50,312 nucleotides of DNA from an uncultured Candidatus Saccharibacteria bacterium (GCA_964367475.1 CAYIXQ010000001.1:1-50312); one strand, 5' to 3'; shown: positions 19,253 through 28,952, numbered from the stretch's first letter. Numbers and translations are program-made. The notes: generated by a model not told the origin, from the sequence alone.

Positions 19253-20437
19253 ATGAAAATATTTATTACCAGCTATACCTATATATACGATCATGCTTAT
19301 AAGGTATTTGATTTTTTTAAAGATAAATCAAATTTGGTCTTTGTGATTCCCAAAAAATGGAAATCGACTAAGGGTAAAAAGAAAATAGTTTACGCTCAAA
19401 CCCGACCCGGTTTTAATATTTTCACCGCTCGGACGTTTTTTTTCCATTCGAAGTATCCGGTTGTTAGAGGATTATTAAAAGGCTGGATGCCGGGACTCGG
19501 GAAGATTTTACGCGGCCAAAGCCAACCGGGCGATGTTTTCTTTAGCGCGTATGAGCCAAATTTATTGGTTACGTATCTTTACGCACGGTTAGCTTGTCGG
19601 TTGGGGCTCAAACACATTTTTTTCACATGGCAAAACGTGCCTTACCAAAATAGACTGAAGGGGCTGAAATTAAAGATCACGGAATGGCTACTGCGGGAAA
19701 ATTTTCGGCTAAGTTATGGTGGCTTATTCGGAATGAGGCGGGCTTATGAAATACACGAACCTTATTTTAAATTTAATCCCAACCTAAAAATGGCCGTTAT
19801 TCCGCAAACCGGTATTGATATAGCAGTATTTAATCCGAGCGCGAGAGAAACGACCGATTTTCGAAAACGACACGCCCTGGAAGATAAATTTGTGTTTCTT
19901 TTCGCGGCTACTTTTACAGAAAGGAAAGGTGTAATTCCTACCATTAAAGCATTTGCTGGTATCGCGCCGAAATTTACCAAGGCTCACCTAGTTTTAGTGG
20001 GCATGGGTAATCTGGAGACAGAAATAAAAAAAGCAATTTCTGAATTAAAATTGGAATATAAATGCACGGTTCTACCCTGGCAGCCGGTTGATCAACTGGC
20101 ACCCATGTATGCCGCCGCCGATGTATTTGTACATCCTTCCGAACCTTTTGCGGGCTGGGAAGAGCAATTTGGTCTTTTAATTTTGCAAGCGCAGGCTTGT
20201 GGCACGCCCGTGATTGCCACCAGAAGTGGATCGCTGGAGGAAAGTGTTTTAGACGGGAAAACCGGACTGTTAGCCGAACCTGGGCGGATTGAGGCCATTG
20301 GGGCGGCCATGGAAAAACTAATTAGTAATGAAAGTTATCGCAAAGAACTCGGTATCAATGCCAGCCAATATATAACAGAACATTTTAGTAATCAATCAGT
20401 GGCTCAAAGATTAGAGAATTATTTGATAAGTTTATGA
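19253..20437 (+). CDS. Glycosyltransferase, GT-B fold (GT4-like)
   Basis: FAGWEEQFGLLILQAQACGTPVIATRSGSLEE. The ATG at 19253 (MKIFITSY) is preferred over the TTG-extended ORF. Confidence 0.8.
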   Translation: MKIFITSYTYIYDHAYKVFDFFKDKSNLVFVIPKKWKSTKGKKKIVYAQTRPGFNIFTARTFFFHSKYPVVRGLLKGWMPGLGKILRGQSQPGDVFFSAYEPNLLVTYLYARLACRLGLKHIFFTWQNVPYQNRLKGLKLKITEWLLRENFRLSYGGLFGMRRAYEIHEPYFKFNPNLKMAVIPQTGIDIAVFNPSARETTDFRKRHALEDKFVFLFAATFTERKGVIPTIKAFAGIAPKFTKAHLVLVGMGNLETEIKKAISELKLEYKCTVLPWQPVDQLAPMYAAADVFVHPSEPFAGWEEQFGLLILQAQACGTPVIATRSGSLEESVLDGKTGLLAEPGRIEAIGAAMEKLISNESYRKELGINASQYITEHFSNQSVAQRLENYLISL

Positions 20438-21336
20438 TCGATCGTAAAAAAACAATTTTAATTACGGGGGCCAGTGGTATGTTGGGTTTGAAATTGATCA
20501 ATGTCTTAAAAAAAAGATACAAAGTAATCGCCCTCTATCACAGTAATGGCCAACATATAAACGATATTATGAAGCTCGCGACTGATATCGGCGATGCGAA
20601 AACAGTGACGGCGCTCAAAAAGCAAATTGAAAAAATTGATGTTGTTATTCATTGCGCTGCCGTGACTGAAGTCAATAAATGCGAGCTCAATCCGGCTCTT
20701 TGCAGAAAAGTGAATATTACTGGTGCAAAAAATATTAGAGATCTAGCCAGCTTTTATAAGGCAAAATTTATTTACATTTCGACGCCAATGATATTTTCCG
20801 GAGAGAGGGGAAACTATCGGGAGAATAGCGAAACAAAACCGCTAAACCTTTACGGCCAAACTAAATTAAAAGCCGAAAAGATGGTCGTCGGATATTCTAA
20901 TACGTTGATCATCAGGTCTAATCCCATTGGTATCAGACCGCCGGGCGCTCATCCCAGTTTTATTCAGTGGTTTGTGGAACGCGCCCGGAAAAATGAATCA
21001 TTTACCCTTTTCTCCGATGTGGTAATTAATCCAATTAGCACCCAAACTTTAGCCGCTATACTTGTAAAGATAATAGGGTATTTTAAGCCGGGCATTATTC
21101 ATCTGGGCAGTCACGATCGCGTAAATAAGGCAGATATTTGGAGATATATTGTTAAAAATTTTCCGAAATTTAGTGTGCCAGTAACCAGCTTATCGGTAAC
21201 CAAAACTGAAGCCGCGAAAATTGCCGACCGACCTAAAGAGATGTGGCTAAACGTGGCCAAGGCGGAAAAGCTTGGCTATCGGGTATCCTCATGGAAAAGA
21301 GAGGTGAGCCTAGTCTTAAGAGATCTGAAAATATGA
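20434..21336 (+). CDS. RmlD-like SDR (dTDP-4-dehydrorhamnose reductase family)
   Basis: ILITGASGMLG, VVIHCAAVTEVNKCE and YGQTKLKAE (Y-x3-K), with RmlD-like length and order. Confidence 0.7.
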   Translation: MIDRKKTILITGASGMLGLKLINVLKKRYKVIALYHSNGQHINDIMKLATDIGDAKTVTALKKQIEKIDVVIHCAAVTEVNKCELNPALCRKVNITGAKNIRDLASFYKAKFIYISTPMIFSGERGNYRENSETKPLNLYGQTKLKAEKMVVGYSNTLIIRSNPIGIRPPGAHPSFIQWFVERARKNESFTLFSDVVINPISTQTLAAILVKIIGYFKPGIIHLGSHDRVNKADIWRYIVKNFPKFSVPVTSLSVTKTEAAKIADRPKEMWLNVAKAEKLGYRVSSWKREVSLVLRDLKI

Positions 21337-22481
21337 GAATACTTTATATTGCTAATTTACGAATGCCAACAGAAAAAGCCTATGGCTACCAAATCGCCAA
21401 AATGTGCGAGGCATTTACCTTAGCCAGACATCAGGTGGAACTAGTCGTGCCAAAGCGAAAACGACTAGTGAAAGAAGATTTCTACACCTATTACGACATC
21501 CATAAAAATTTTGTTTTCAAAATTCTGCCTTCGCCTGATTTTTATTGGCCTGGAAAACTGGATCGAGTCGCGGTCATTTTAAAAAATCTTATTTCCGCGG
21601 TAAGTTTGTTTTTTTATATTTGGGACACCAATTCCGACGTAGTAATTTCCAGAGATGAGTTACCCATTTTTCTAGCCAGTTTTATTAAGTCAAAAGTGGT
21701 TTTTGAGGCGCATAAATTTTCCGCGTCAAGAAAAATATTCTATGCTCGACTTAAGCGGGCCAGAATTAAAGTGATAACGATTTCCCAAAGTTTAAAAAAT
21801 GTGTTCGTGGATCACGGCTTTAGGGAAAGTGATATTATGGTGGCGCATGATGGCGTTGACCCGGTTAAATTTGATATTGATATAAGTAGGGACGATGCCC
21901 GACAACGGACCGGCCTGCCATCAGACAAAATTTTACTTGGCTATGTTGGTCATTTGAAAACGATGGGCATGGATAAGGGATTGGATATTCTTTTTTGGGC
22001 GGTGGCCATTCTGCAAAAAGAGATTACTAATCTCGGGTTAGTAATTGTGGGAGGTTCAAATGCTGACATAGCTGATTATCAGAAATTGTCGATAAACATT
22101 GGGGTGGGGGACAAGGTTTGGTTTGTTGGCCATCAGCCCCGTTACTTAGTGCCGGTTTTTTTAAAAGCATTTGATATTCTGGTCATGCCCTTCCCTCGCA
22201 ATATCCACTATGATTTGTATATGTCACCGCTGAAACTTTTTGAGTATATGACTTCCCAGCGGCCCATCATAGCATCTAAACTGAAAACAATAGCCGAAGT
22301 TTTAGATGAAACTTGCGCAATACTTGTCACCCCCGATGACGAGCGTGCTCTGGCTGATGGTATTTCAAAATTAATTCAAAACCCCCAACTGGCCCAATCG
22401 GTTTCGGCCAGAGCATATGAAAGAGTCAAAAATTTTACTTGGCAAAAAAGAGCTGAAAAAATTATTGAATTTGTAAAATGA
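21333..22481 (+). CDS. Glycosyltransferase, GT-B fold (GT4-like)
   Basis: MRILYIANLRMPTEKAYGYQIAKMCEAF and PLKLFEYMTSQRPIIAS. There is an ATGA overlap with the upstream gene. Confidence 0.8.
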   Translation: MRILYIANLRMPTEKAYGYQIAKMCEAFTLARHQVELVVPKRKRLVKEDFYTYYDIHKNFVFKILPSPDFYWPGKLDRVAVILKNLISAVSLFFYIWDTNSDVVISRDELPIFLASFIKSKVVFEAHKFSASRKIFYARLKRARIKVITISQSLKNVFVDHGFRESDIMVAHDGVDPVKFDIDISRDDARQRTGLPSDKILLGYVGHLKTMGMDKGLDILFWAVAILQKEITNLGLVIVGGSNADIADYQKLSINIGVGDKVWFVGHQPRYLVPVFLKAFDILVMPFPRNIHYDLYMSPLKLFEYMTSQRPIIASKLKTIAEVLDETCAILVTPDDERALADGISKLIQNPQLAQSVSARAYERVKNFTWQKRAEKIIEFVK

Positions 22482-22482
22482 A

Positions 22483-24873
22483 ATGAAAACCTGTGTTATA
22501 ATCCCAACCTATAACGAAAAAGATAATGTGGTGAAACTGGCGCACTCGATTTTTGAAACGAATCTGCAAACGGCGGTGTTGGTGGTGGATGACAACTCAC
22601 CCGACGGTACAGCTAGCGTCGTTACTGCCTCCGTGGAAAATTATCCCCAGCTTGATCTCCTTCTGCGTTCCGACAATCGCGGATTTGGCCGATCTTATAT
22701 CGATGGATTTAAAAAAATATTAGCCAGAGACAGCTATGAACAAACGGTAATGATGGATGCGGACTTTTCCCATGACCCGGCTGTGATCCCGGCTATGGCG
22801 GCAAGACTGACTGAATATGATTTTGTGGTAGGCTCCCGCTATGTCCGTGGCGGTGATATCAAAAATTGGAACTGGAAACGGCGTCTGCTTAGTCGTTTCG
22901 CTAATTGCTATGCGAAAACGATTTTAGGCATACCCATTAGTGATATGACTACTGGTTTCATGTGTATCAAAACCAGTGTTTTAAAAAATATTGATTTGGA
23001 TGCCATTAAATCTGACGGCTATGCTTTTTTGGTGGAACTCAAGTATCGACTGATCAAGGCGGGCTATAAATTTTTTGAGGAACCGATTATATATAATGAA
23101 CGCCGCGAGGGGCAGTCTAAAATGTCGAGCAAAGTCATTTGGGAATCAATCTGGCTTCCATGGAGATTAAGATTTTCAAGAAAATATTTAAAAAATAAAA
23201 TAAAGAAACATTGGCTGGCTATAGTTTTTGCCATGATTATGGGTTGGATGATGGTCTGGCCTTTTTTAACTTTTCGAGCGGAACTGGGAGATAGGTATCA
23301 AGGGATTGATCGCCAAGTTGCCAACGACGAACTGTTTTATCTTGCCCGGATCAAAGATGTCATGGATGAACATCCCACGCTCGGTAACGCCTACCTGTGG
23401 GAACATAAAATGGGACTGCCGCAACAGTTATTTCTGGCAGAATTTTTACTGGCCCAGCGCCTTAAATATTTAAATATCAACATCCAAACCGGCCATTTAA
23501 TTTATAATTTTATTTTGCCGGCAATTTCTTTCATGCTGGGCTATCTCATTCTCTATTGGATTACGGCCTCGCGGTTATGGGCGATTATGTTTTCGGTTTT
23601 GTTATTTTTTGGAATTTTCCTGTTTGAATTTACCCGACCAATTAGCCCACAGTTTAACTTTATATTCTGGCTGACTCAATTTTTATTCCTCTGGATTTTG
23701 TTCACAAAAGGGACGAGTAGAAAGACTGTTTTTTTAAATGTCCTGAACCTTGGGCTGCTTTTCTACATTTATCCCTATTACTGGGCTTACTACCTGATTC
23801 TGCTCGGGATATTAATTGTTTACTTCTTTTTCAAAAATTTGGATTACTGCTCGGCCTTGCTGAAAATTGTAATTGGTGGGCTAATGCTTAGTTCCGGTTA
23901 TCTGTATTTCACTTTCAAAGCGTCACAGTTGCAATTTTACGAGGATTCACTAACGCGGCTCCAAATGATCTATACTCATTTTCCATCTGGCATTAACATA
24001 CTTAAATGGGCCGTGCCAACGCTTTTACTGTTTTTTACTCTGTACCGGCTAAAGCTATTAAATTATTCCAAAACCTCTGTTTTCCTCACTGCCGCCATTT
24101 TTTCGGTAATAGTGGCAGTAAATCAGCACATTATTACCGGGCGCAATTTTGAATTCTCCTCCCATTATTACATGGTTGGAGTGTTTGTTTCGGTATTTGC
24201 TTTGGCCTATCTCTGGGCGCAAACTAGAAAGCAGGAATACAAGCTAAAAACCTTTGATTCCCTTTGGCTGGGAACGCTTATTATCCTTTTAAGTATGGCC
24301 GGTATTATCAAGTATGCCGAGATGGCTTTTAGTTATAGCAGGGAAATGGTCACTGCTCAGGAATTTGCGCCAATATTTAGTTGGCTGAATGAAAACACGT
24401 CTAGGGACTCGGTGATAATGGCCAACGAAAGTATTTCTCAACTAGCAGCGGTTTACACTCATAACAATGTGTTTTTTGCCCGGAATGCTAATCTTTTTTT
24501 GCTGCCCGACGTGGAAGTAATTGACCGCTTTATTTTAAATAATATCGATAAAAAATTTGACCGTGATTTTGTGATCACCAATGTCAGATCTATTTATGGG
24601 GTAAGGTACATTGATGAATACGGTCATACAGTCCAGTCAAACAAAGTCAGAAAATTATTAAGGTTACCAACTAAAGCTGAAATTTATTTGCCGGAAATTG
24701 CGATCGATGTCTTTCTGACAAGGGCTGAATATATGAAAAATAATCTTGCTAAGGAAATCGCTAAGTACAGATTGGATTATATTATTCTTGAAAATGGCCA
24801 ACCTGCTTTTGCTAAAAATATTTTCCAGAAAACCCTCTTTTCCGCGGGTAACTTTATTATCCTGGGAAGATAA
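22483..24873 (+). CDS. Fusion protein: Dpm1/Ppm1-type polyprenol-phosphate mannose synthase (GT2) plus a ~560-aa polytopic membrane domain
   Basis: Residues 1..~235 carry CVIIPTYNEKDN, VVDDNSPDGT, DADFSHDP and GSRYVRGG. The remainder is a run of hydrophobic helices (for example LAIVFAMIMGWMMVWPFL and IYNFILPAISFMLGYLILYWI) plus a soluble tail. Confidence 0.75.
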   Translation: MKTCVIIPTYNEKDNVVKLAHSIFETNLQTAVLVVDDNSPDGTASVVTASVENYPQLDLLLRSDNRGFGRSYIDGFKKILARDSYEQTVMMDADFSHDPAVIPAMAARLTEYDFVVGSRYVRGGDIKNWNWKRRLLSRFANCYAKTILGIPISDMTTGFMCIKTSVLKNIDLDAIKSDGYAFLVELKYRLIKAGYKFFEEPIIYNERREGQSKMSSKVIWESIWLPWRLRFSRKYLKNKIKKHWLAIVFAMIMGWMMVWPFLTFRAELGDRYQGIDRQVANDELFYLARIKDVMDEHPTLGNAYLWEHKMGLPQQLFLAEFLLAQRLKYLNINIQTGHLIYNFILPAISFMLGYLILYWITASRLWAIMFSVLLFFGIFLFEFTRPISPQFNFIFWLTQFLFLWILFTKGTSRKTVFLNVLNLGLLFYIYPYYWAYYLILLGILIVYFFFKNLDYCSALLKIVIGGLMLSSGYLYFTFKASQLQFYEDSLTRLQMIYTHFPSGINILKWAVPTLLLFFTLYRLKLLNYSKTSVFLTAAIFSVIVAVNQHIITGRNFEFSSHYYMVGVFVSVFALAYLWAQTRKQEYKLKTFDSLWLGTLIILLSMAGIIKYAEMAFSYSREMVTAQEFAPIFSWLNENTSRDSVIMANESISQLAAVYTHNNVFFARNANLFLLPDVEVIDRFILNNIDKKFDRDFVITNVRSIYGVRYIDEYGHTVQSNKVRKLLRLPTKAEIYLPEIAIDVFLTRAEYMKNNLAKEIAKYRLDYIILENGQPAFAKNIFQKTLFSAGNFIILGR

Positions 24874-24904
24874 CTAGCTTAAAAAGTTATCAACATAACT
24901 CTCT

Positions 24905-24933
24905 TTGCAAGGTTTGGGCAGGTGAACTAAAAT
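24905..24933 (+). promoter_or_regulatory. Strong sigma70-like promoter for the secreted-protein operon
   Basis: TTGCAA (24905..24910), a 17-nt spacer, then TAAAAT (24928..24933). The ~64-nt leader contains a C(UUCG)G hairpin (24966..24977) and a GAGGG Shine-Dalgarno. Confidence 0.55.
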
Positions 24934-24997
24934 GTATGTATAACTTGGTAATCGTCGCCGTCCAATCCCTTCGGGGAGGTTGAGGGCGTAACTAATA

Positions 24998-26176
24998 ATG
25001 AAGAAAATTTTTACGCGTATTATTGTCGGGTCGATGATAATTTCGACAGCTTTTGTGCTTTCCGGATGGGCGCAAGCCGATTCCACCATCGGTACGAATA
25101 TTTCAACAACGGGCACCCTGACGGTTAAAAGCAACAGCACCTCGGCAGTAAGTTTTCAAAATGCCGCCGGCACTTCAACCCTGGTGCTATTTGATTCTGG
25201 AGCCTTAAGGTTGGGAGTTAATTATGGCTCATCGTTAGATGCTTCGTTTGAAGTGGGTGGGACGGCATCGGCCAACTATTTAGTTACTCGTAACGCAGTC
25301 CAAATTGGCAATAGTGGGGCCACCGTGGCTTATTCTAGATTTGGCACCAGTGCCGCCGGTCATTCTAATTATATAACCGCGGCAGATGATATTCTTATCT
25401 CTGGCGATCTAGAAATTGATGGTTCGGTCTCATTTGCCGGACCGGCCTCTATTTCCGGGATTCTTTTCTTAGCCAATGGCCAAGTCAGACCCCGCACCGA
25501 TGCGACGACTGCCTTCCGATTCCAAAACGCAGTGGGTGATACCTCCGCTCTAACAATTGATACTTCAAATTCCAGGGTAGGAATTGCCGCCGGAACAATT
25601 GACGTTTTCTTTGAAGTTGGCGGCACAGCTTCAGCTAATTACTTGGTTACCGAGAATTCTATTCAAATCGGTAATAGTGGGGCCACGGTGGCTTATTCTA
25701 GATTTGGCACCAATGCTACCGGCCATTCAAATTATATTACTGCTTCTAACGACTTGTTGATTACTGGCGACCTGGAAGTTGATGCTTCCGTGGCTTTTGC
25801 CGGACCGGCCTCTATTTCTGGGATTCTTTTCTTAGCCAATGGTCAAGTTAGGCCCGAAGCCAATTCGACGACCGCCTTTAGATTTCAAAACGCAGCTGGC
25901 GGCACCACGGTTTTGACTGTTGATTCAACCAATACCAGAGTTGGTGTCGGTGCGGTCAATACTCTGGATGTGGCTTTTGAGGTGGCTGGAGTGGCCTCGG
26001 CGTCCGGTGGATTATTTGTGGGTGCCGCGAATAATGCGACTACTAGTATCACTTTTGATAGCATTCATGCTTCGAGGGGCGCTTGCTTAGAAATTAAGGA
26101 TCGGGACGGGGCTGGCTTTACTTATTTGAGGGTTAACGATGGGACTGGTACTTTTAGCACTACGAGCTGTAAATAG
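24998..26176 (+). CDS. Secreted repeat protein (hypothetical surface/fibre-like)
   Basis: It has a signal peptide (MKKIFTRIIVGSMIISTAFVLSGWAQA). Two full ~121-aa tandem repeats plus partial ones follow (FEVGGTASANYLVT.N..QIGNSGATVAYSRFGT...GHSNYITA..D.LI.GDLE.D.SV.FAGPASISGILFLANGQVRP). Confidence 0.8.
   Translation: MKKIFTRIIVGSMIISTAFVLSGWAQADSTIGTNISTTGTLTVKSNSTSAVSFQNAAGTSTLVLFDSGALRLGVNYGSSLDASFEVGGTASANYLVTRNAVQIGNSGATVAYSRFGTSAAGHSNYITAADDILISGDLEIDGSVSFAGPASISGILFLANGQVRPRTDATTAFRFQNAVGDTSALTIDTSNSRVGIAAGTIDVFFEVGGTASANYLVTENSIQIGNSGATVAYSRFGTNATGHSNYITASNDLLITGDLEVDASVAFAGPASISGILFLANGQVRPEANSTTAFRFQNAAGGTTVLTVDSTNTRVGVGAVNTLDVAFEVAGVASASGGLFVGAANNATTSITFDSIHASRGACLEIKDRDGAGFTYLRVNDGTGTFSTTSCK
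25247..25975 (+). repeat. In-frame tandem repeat, unit 363-366 nt, two full units
   Basis: The units start at 25247 and 25610, and the next partial unit starts at 25976. There are long identical stretches such as ggccaccgtggcttattctagatttggcacc and gccggaccggcctctatttc.gggattcttttcttagccaatgg. Confidence 0.85.
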
Positions 26177-26202
26177 TTGTCAAAGAATGTTAATCTGGGC
26201 TG

Positions 26203-26667
26203 ATGGCTATCAAAAAGGCATTTATCAAAACCTTATTTTCAGTCCAGCGGTTGGTAATTATATTGGCAGTCATTGGTGTTGTCTTTGTTCTTCTGTGGGT
26301 TTTCTTGCTTAGTTATCAGGTATATTTACTCTGGAAACCTGGCGCCGAAATGGCATTAGTCGCGGCTGATACTTACCAAGCGGTTTTTTTGACAAATGAT
26401 CAGATATACTTCGGGCACTTACTTAATATAAAGGATGACTTCATGTTTTTGGATGACGTCTATTACGTAAAGATTGAAGAGCAAATCACCGATACGGGTA
26501 CTAGAACTACAAGAGGCAGACTGATAAGATTAGGAGAAACCGAACCACATGGACCGAGGAATCAGATGATAATTAATAGAGAACAGGTGCTGTTTTGGGA
26601 AAACTTAAGCTTTGAGTCGCAAATTTATCAGTCAATTCAGAGCTATAATAATTTGCAAAAAAAATAA
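26203..26667 (+). CDS. Small N-terminally anchored membrane protein (hypothetical)
   Basis: A 154-aa ORF with one TM helix (LVIILAVIGVVFVLLWVFLLSY). It is co-oriented and tightly spaced within the operon. Confidence 0.6.
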   Translation: MAIKKAFIKTLFSVQRLVIILAVIGVVFVLLWVFLLSYQVYLLWKPGAEMALVAADTYQAVFLTNDQIYFGHLLNIKDDFMFLDDVYYVKIEEQITDTGTRTTRGRLIRLGETEPHGPRNQMIINREQVLFWENLSFESQIYQSIQSYNNLQKK

Positions 26668-26672
26668 AAATA

Positions 26673-27869
26673 ATGAAAATCGTTCCGCCTCCTTCTTCCA
26701 AGTTTATTCCTCATTTGATTAAAATCCTGCTTGCTTCTCTCATTTTTGTGTTGGCTGGCTTACTGGGTATTCAGCCGGCTTTGGCCGTCGGCGCCGCCTA
26801 TTTTCAGGAGGAGACAACTATTGAATTAACTCTGGCCGGAACAACCACAAATTTTCAAGTTCTTGCCGGTTCAGATGGAGATTCGGTTGAGGTTACATCT
26901 GATAGAATAACCTTGACAATTTCTGGCGGTCAGAAATTCACATTGAGATCTTCTGATCGAAAAAAACTAACCAACGATGGCAGTTACAGTTACTCGTGTC
27001 CATCTGCCTATTCAGAACTAGTGATTGATTTGGCATCCGGTGCTGCCCAAAAGACAGTAATTATCTCCCCTGAATCAGCCAACTGTAGTACATTGGTTGG
27101 CGGCGGCGGCGGTGTCACTGGCGGCGGCGGAGGCGGCGGTGGTGGAGCATCTGCCCAGACGACAACACCAACACCGGCGGCATCAACTCCTTCTTCTGGC
27201 GGATCGGTTGATTTGGCCAAATATAATTTGAAAGACGGGGACGTGGTCAGTGCTTCTGGCACTGATGATCCAGATGTATATATTGTTAATCAGTTTGGTT
27301 TCAAGAGGTTATTCTTAAATCCAATCATCTTCAGCTTCTATGGCCATCTGGGAGGATTCGGTAAGGTCAAGACCGTTGCTTCGATTACGCGTGATGTTTT
27401 TGGAACTTCCAGCTATTTTAGAAATTGCGAATCAAATGATCCTAAAGTATATGCGGTTGAAGTAACTGGTGAGGACAAAGGTACCCTGCGCTGGATCAAC
27501 ACGTCTGGTGACCAAGCCGTTAAGGACGATCCGGACTTCTTTAAAAAAGTATTCTGTATTAACAACAAAGAATTTAGCTGGTACCCGAAAGGAACAGCTT
27601 ATACGTCTGTAAAACAAGTGCCGGCCTACGTCAGAAGCGCAACGATAGTGGCTGGCGTATCAACCGAAGCTAGTCAAAGTCTGACAATTGGTGGTGGGAT
27701 CAAATGGTTAAATGTTCGCAATAAAACTTCAATCAAGGGCAATATTGTTGCTAAAGCTTACCCAGGAGAAGAGTATACCTATACCAAAAAATCTAATGGT
27801 TGGTACTTGATTCAGAAAGATGGTACTGATCTAGGGTGGGTGATTGGTACATACGTAAAGGTAAAATAA
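26673..27869 (+). CDS. Secreted protein with poly-Gly linker and C-terminal SH3b-like domain
   Basis: It has an N-terminal anchor/signal (LIKILLASLIFVLAGLLGIQPALA) and a linker (GGGGGVTGGGGGGGGGASAQTTTPTPAASTPSSGG). The C-terminus (KWLNVRNKTSIKGNIVAKAYPGEEYTYTKKSNGWYLIQKDGTDLGWVIGTYVKV) follows the bacterial SH3 pattern. Confidence 0.7.
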   Translation: MKIVPPPSSKFIPHLIKILLASLIFVLAGLLGIQPALAVGAAYFQEETTIELTLAGTTTNFQVLAGSDGDSVEVTSDRITLTISGGQKFTLRSSDRKKLTNDGSYSYSCPSAYSELVIDLASGAAQKTVIISPESANCSTLVGGGGGVTGGGGGGGGGASAQTTTPTPAASTPSSGGSVDLAKYNLKDGDVVSASGTDDPDVYIVNQFGFKRLFLNPIIFSFYGHLGGFGKVKTVASITRDVFGTSSYFRNCESNDPKVYAVEVTGEDKGTLRWINTSGDQAVKDDPDFFKKVFCINNKEFSWYPKGTAYTSVKQVPAYVRSATIVAGVSTEASQSLTIGGGIKWLNVRNKTSIKGNIVAKAYPGEEYTYTKKSNGWYLIQKDGTDLGWVIGTYVKVK

Positions 27870-27888
27870 GCCTCGATTCTTATAAAAA

Positions 27889-27918
27889 CTAAAATCCCGT
27901 TCGGCGGGATTTTAGTTT
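27889..27918 (+). terminator. Intrinsic terminator of the secreted-protein operon
   Basis: ctaaaatcccg (27889..27899) pairs perfectly with cgggattttag (27905..27915) across a 5-nt loop, followed by ttt. Confidence 0.7.
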
Positions 27919-27952
27919 GATGCCAGGCGGCTTTTATTATATGGTAGGTTTA

Positions 27953-28819
27953 ATGACTGAACCCTATTTGTCAGTGGTGGTGCCGGTACATAATGAAGAA
28001 AAGCATATTGAAGCTTTTTTGGATCAATTACGTTCTGCCCTGCTCAATTGTCCCTTTGCTTTTGAAGTAATTGTGGTTAACGATGGGTCAACCGATAAAA
28101 CCCATGAACTTATTTTGAAACTTGAGCAGATTAAACTGATCAACCACGACACAAACCGTGGTTATGGCAGCGCTATTAAGAGTGGCATTCTAGCCGCGTC
28201 GGCTGATAAGATTTTAATCACTGATGCTGATGGCACGTATCCTACAGAAAAAATTGCCGATCTTTTGAAATACAGTCAAGACTATGACATGGTGGTCGGC
28301 GCCAGAATTGTAAATAAAACCCACCACTCCAAAGTAAAACGTCTGGCTAAATGGCCCATTCACCTGTTGGCTAATTATCTGGTTGGTTTCAAAATTCCCG
28401 ATTTGAATTCCGGATTAAGAATTTTCCGCAAAGATTTAGCGCTAAAATATTTTCGGCTTTTACCCAATGGTTTTTCTTTAACCACCAATATTACTCTAGC
28501 CTTTTTGGCAGATGGTTATAGAGTAAAATACATCCCCATTGATTATCATAAACGAGTGGGTAAATCCAAAGTTCATCCAATCCGCGACGCGGTAAATTAT
28601 TTGGTGCTGGTAATGAGAATGATCCTTTTTTACAATCCTCTGAAGTTTTTCGTACCCGTGGCCGGAGTATTTTTTGCTCTGTCAGCCTGGTCTTTTCTAT
28701 ATGATATTATTAAACTCGACGATCTTACTGAAAAAACTCTAATCCTTTTTGTGGCGTTTGTGCAGATAACCATTCTCGGATTTCTAGCAGATTTGATAAA
28801 TAAGAGGGGGATGGATTAG
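27953..28819 (+). CDS. GT2 polyprenyl-phosphate glycosyltransferase (GtrB/ArnC/DPG-synthase-like) with C-terminal TM helices
   Basis: LSVVVPVHNEE, VVNDGSTD and TDADGTYP, plus two C-terminal hydrophobic helices (FFVPVAGVFFALSAWSFLY and LILFVAFVQITILGFLADLI). In-frame starts also exist at 27920 and 27941. Confidence 0.8.
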   Translation: MTEPYLSVVVPVHNEEKHIEAFLDQLRSALLNCPFAFEVIVVNDGSTDKTHELILKLEQIKLINHDTNRGYGSAIKSGILAASADKILITDADGTYPTEKIADLLKYSQDYDMVVGARIVNKTHHSKVKRLAKWPIHLLANYLVGFKIPDLNSGLRIFRKDLALKYFRLLPNGFSLTTNITLAFLADGYRVKYIPIDYHKRVGKSKVHPIRDAVNYLVLVMRMILFYNPLKFFVPVAGVFFALSAWSFLYDIIKLDDLTEKTLILFVAFVQITILGFLADLINKRGMD

Positions 28820-28840
28820 ATTCTGCCCGTGGCTACGCAC

Positions 28841-28952
28841 CACTATCATTTTGCCACGACAGCGATTCCAATCCTTTGGCGCCCCTTTATGCAGAATGGG
28901 TCCCCCGCCAAGGATTGAAACCTTCGACGGGAATCGTGGTAAAATGATAGTG
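28841..28952 (+). repeat. Short (112-nt) structured repeat element, copy A; carries an outward promoter-like motif
   Basis: It is 109/112 identical to 29528..29639. The terminal stem is cactatcattttgccacga/tcgtggtaaaatgatagtg and the inner hairpin is ccaatcctttggcg...cgccaaggattg. TTGAAA (28915..28920), a 19-nt spacer and TGgTAAAAT (28937..28945) face the rmlC-like gene. Confidence 0.85.

Noticed and set aside
24961-24977. tccaatcccttcgg in the leader of the secreted-protein operon resembles tccaatcctttgg of the element core.
   Set aside because: The match is 13-14 nt with mismatches and does not extend. It is most simply a chance similarity around a UUCG hairpin.
28841-28952. A self-cleaving ribozyme (hammerhead, twister or HDV-like) or a riboswitch upstream of the rmlC-like gene.
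   Set aside because: There is no CUGAUGA...GAAA hammerhead core. The GC-rich ggucccccgcc segment is only vaguely twister- or HDV-like. The same element also occurs downstream of the gene and in unrelated contexts, which argues against a gene-specific riboswitch. This is left open rather than called.
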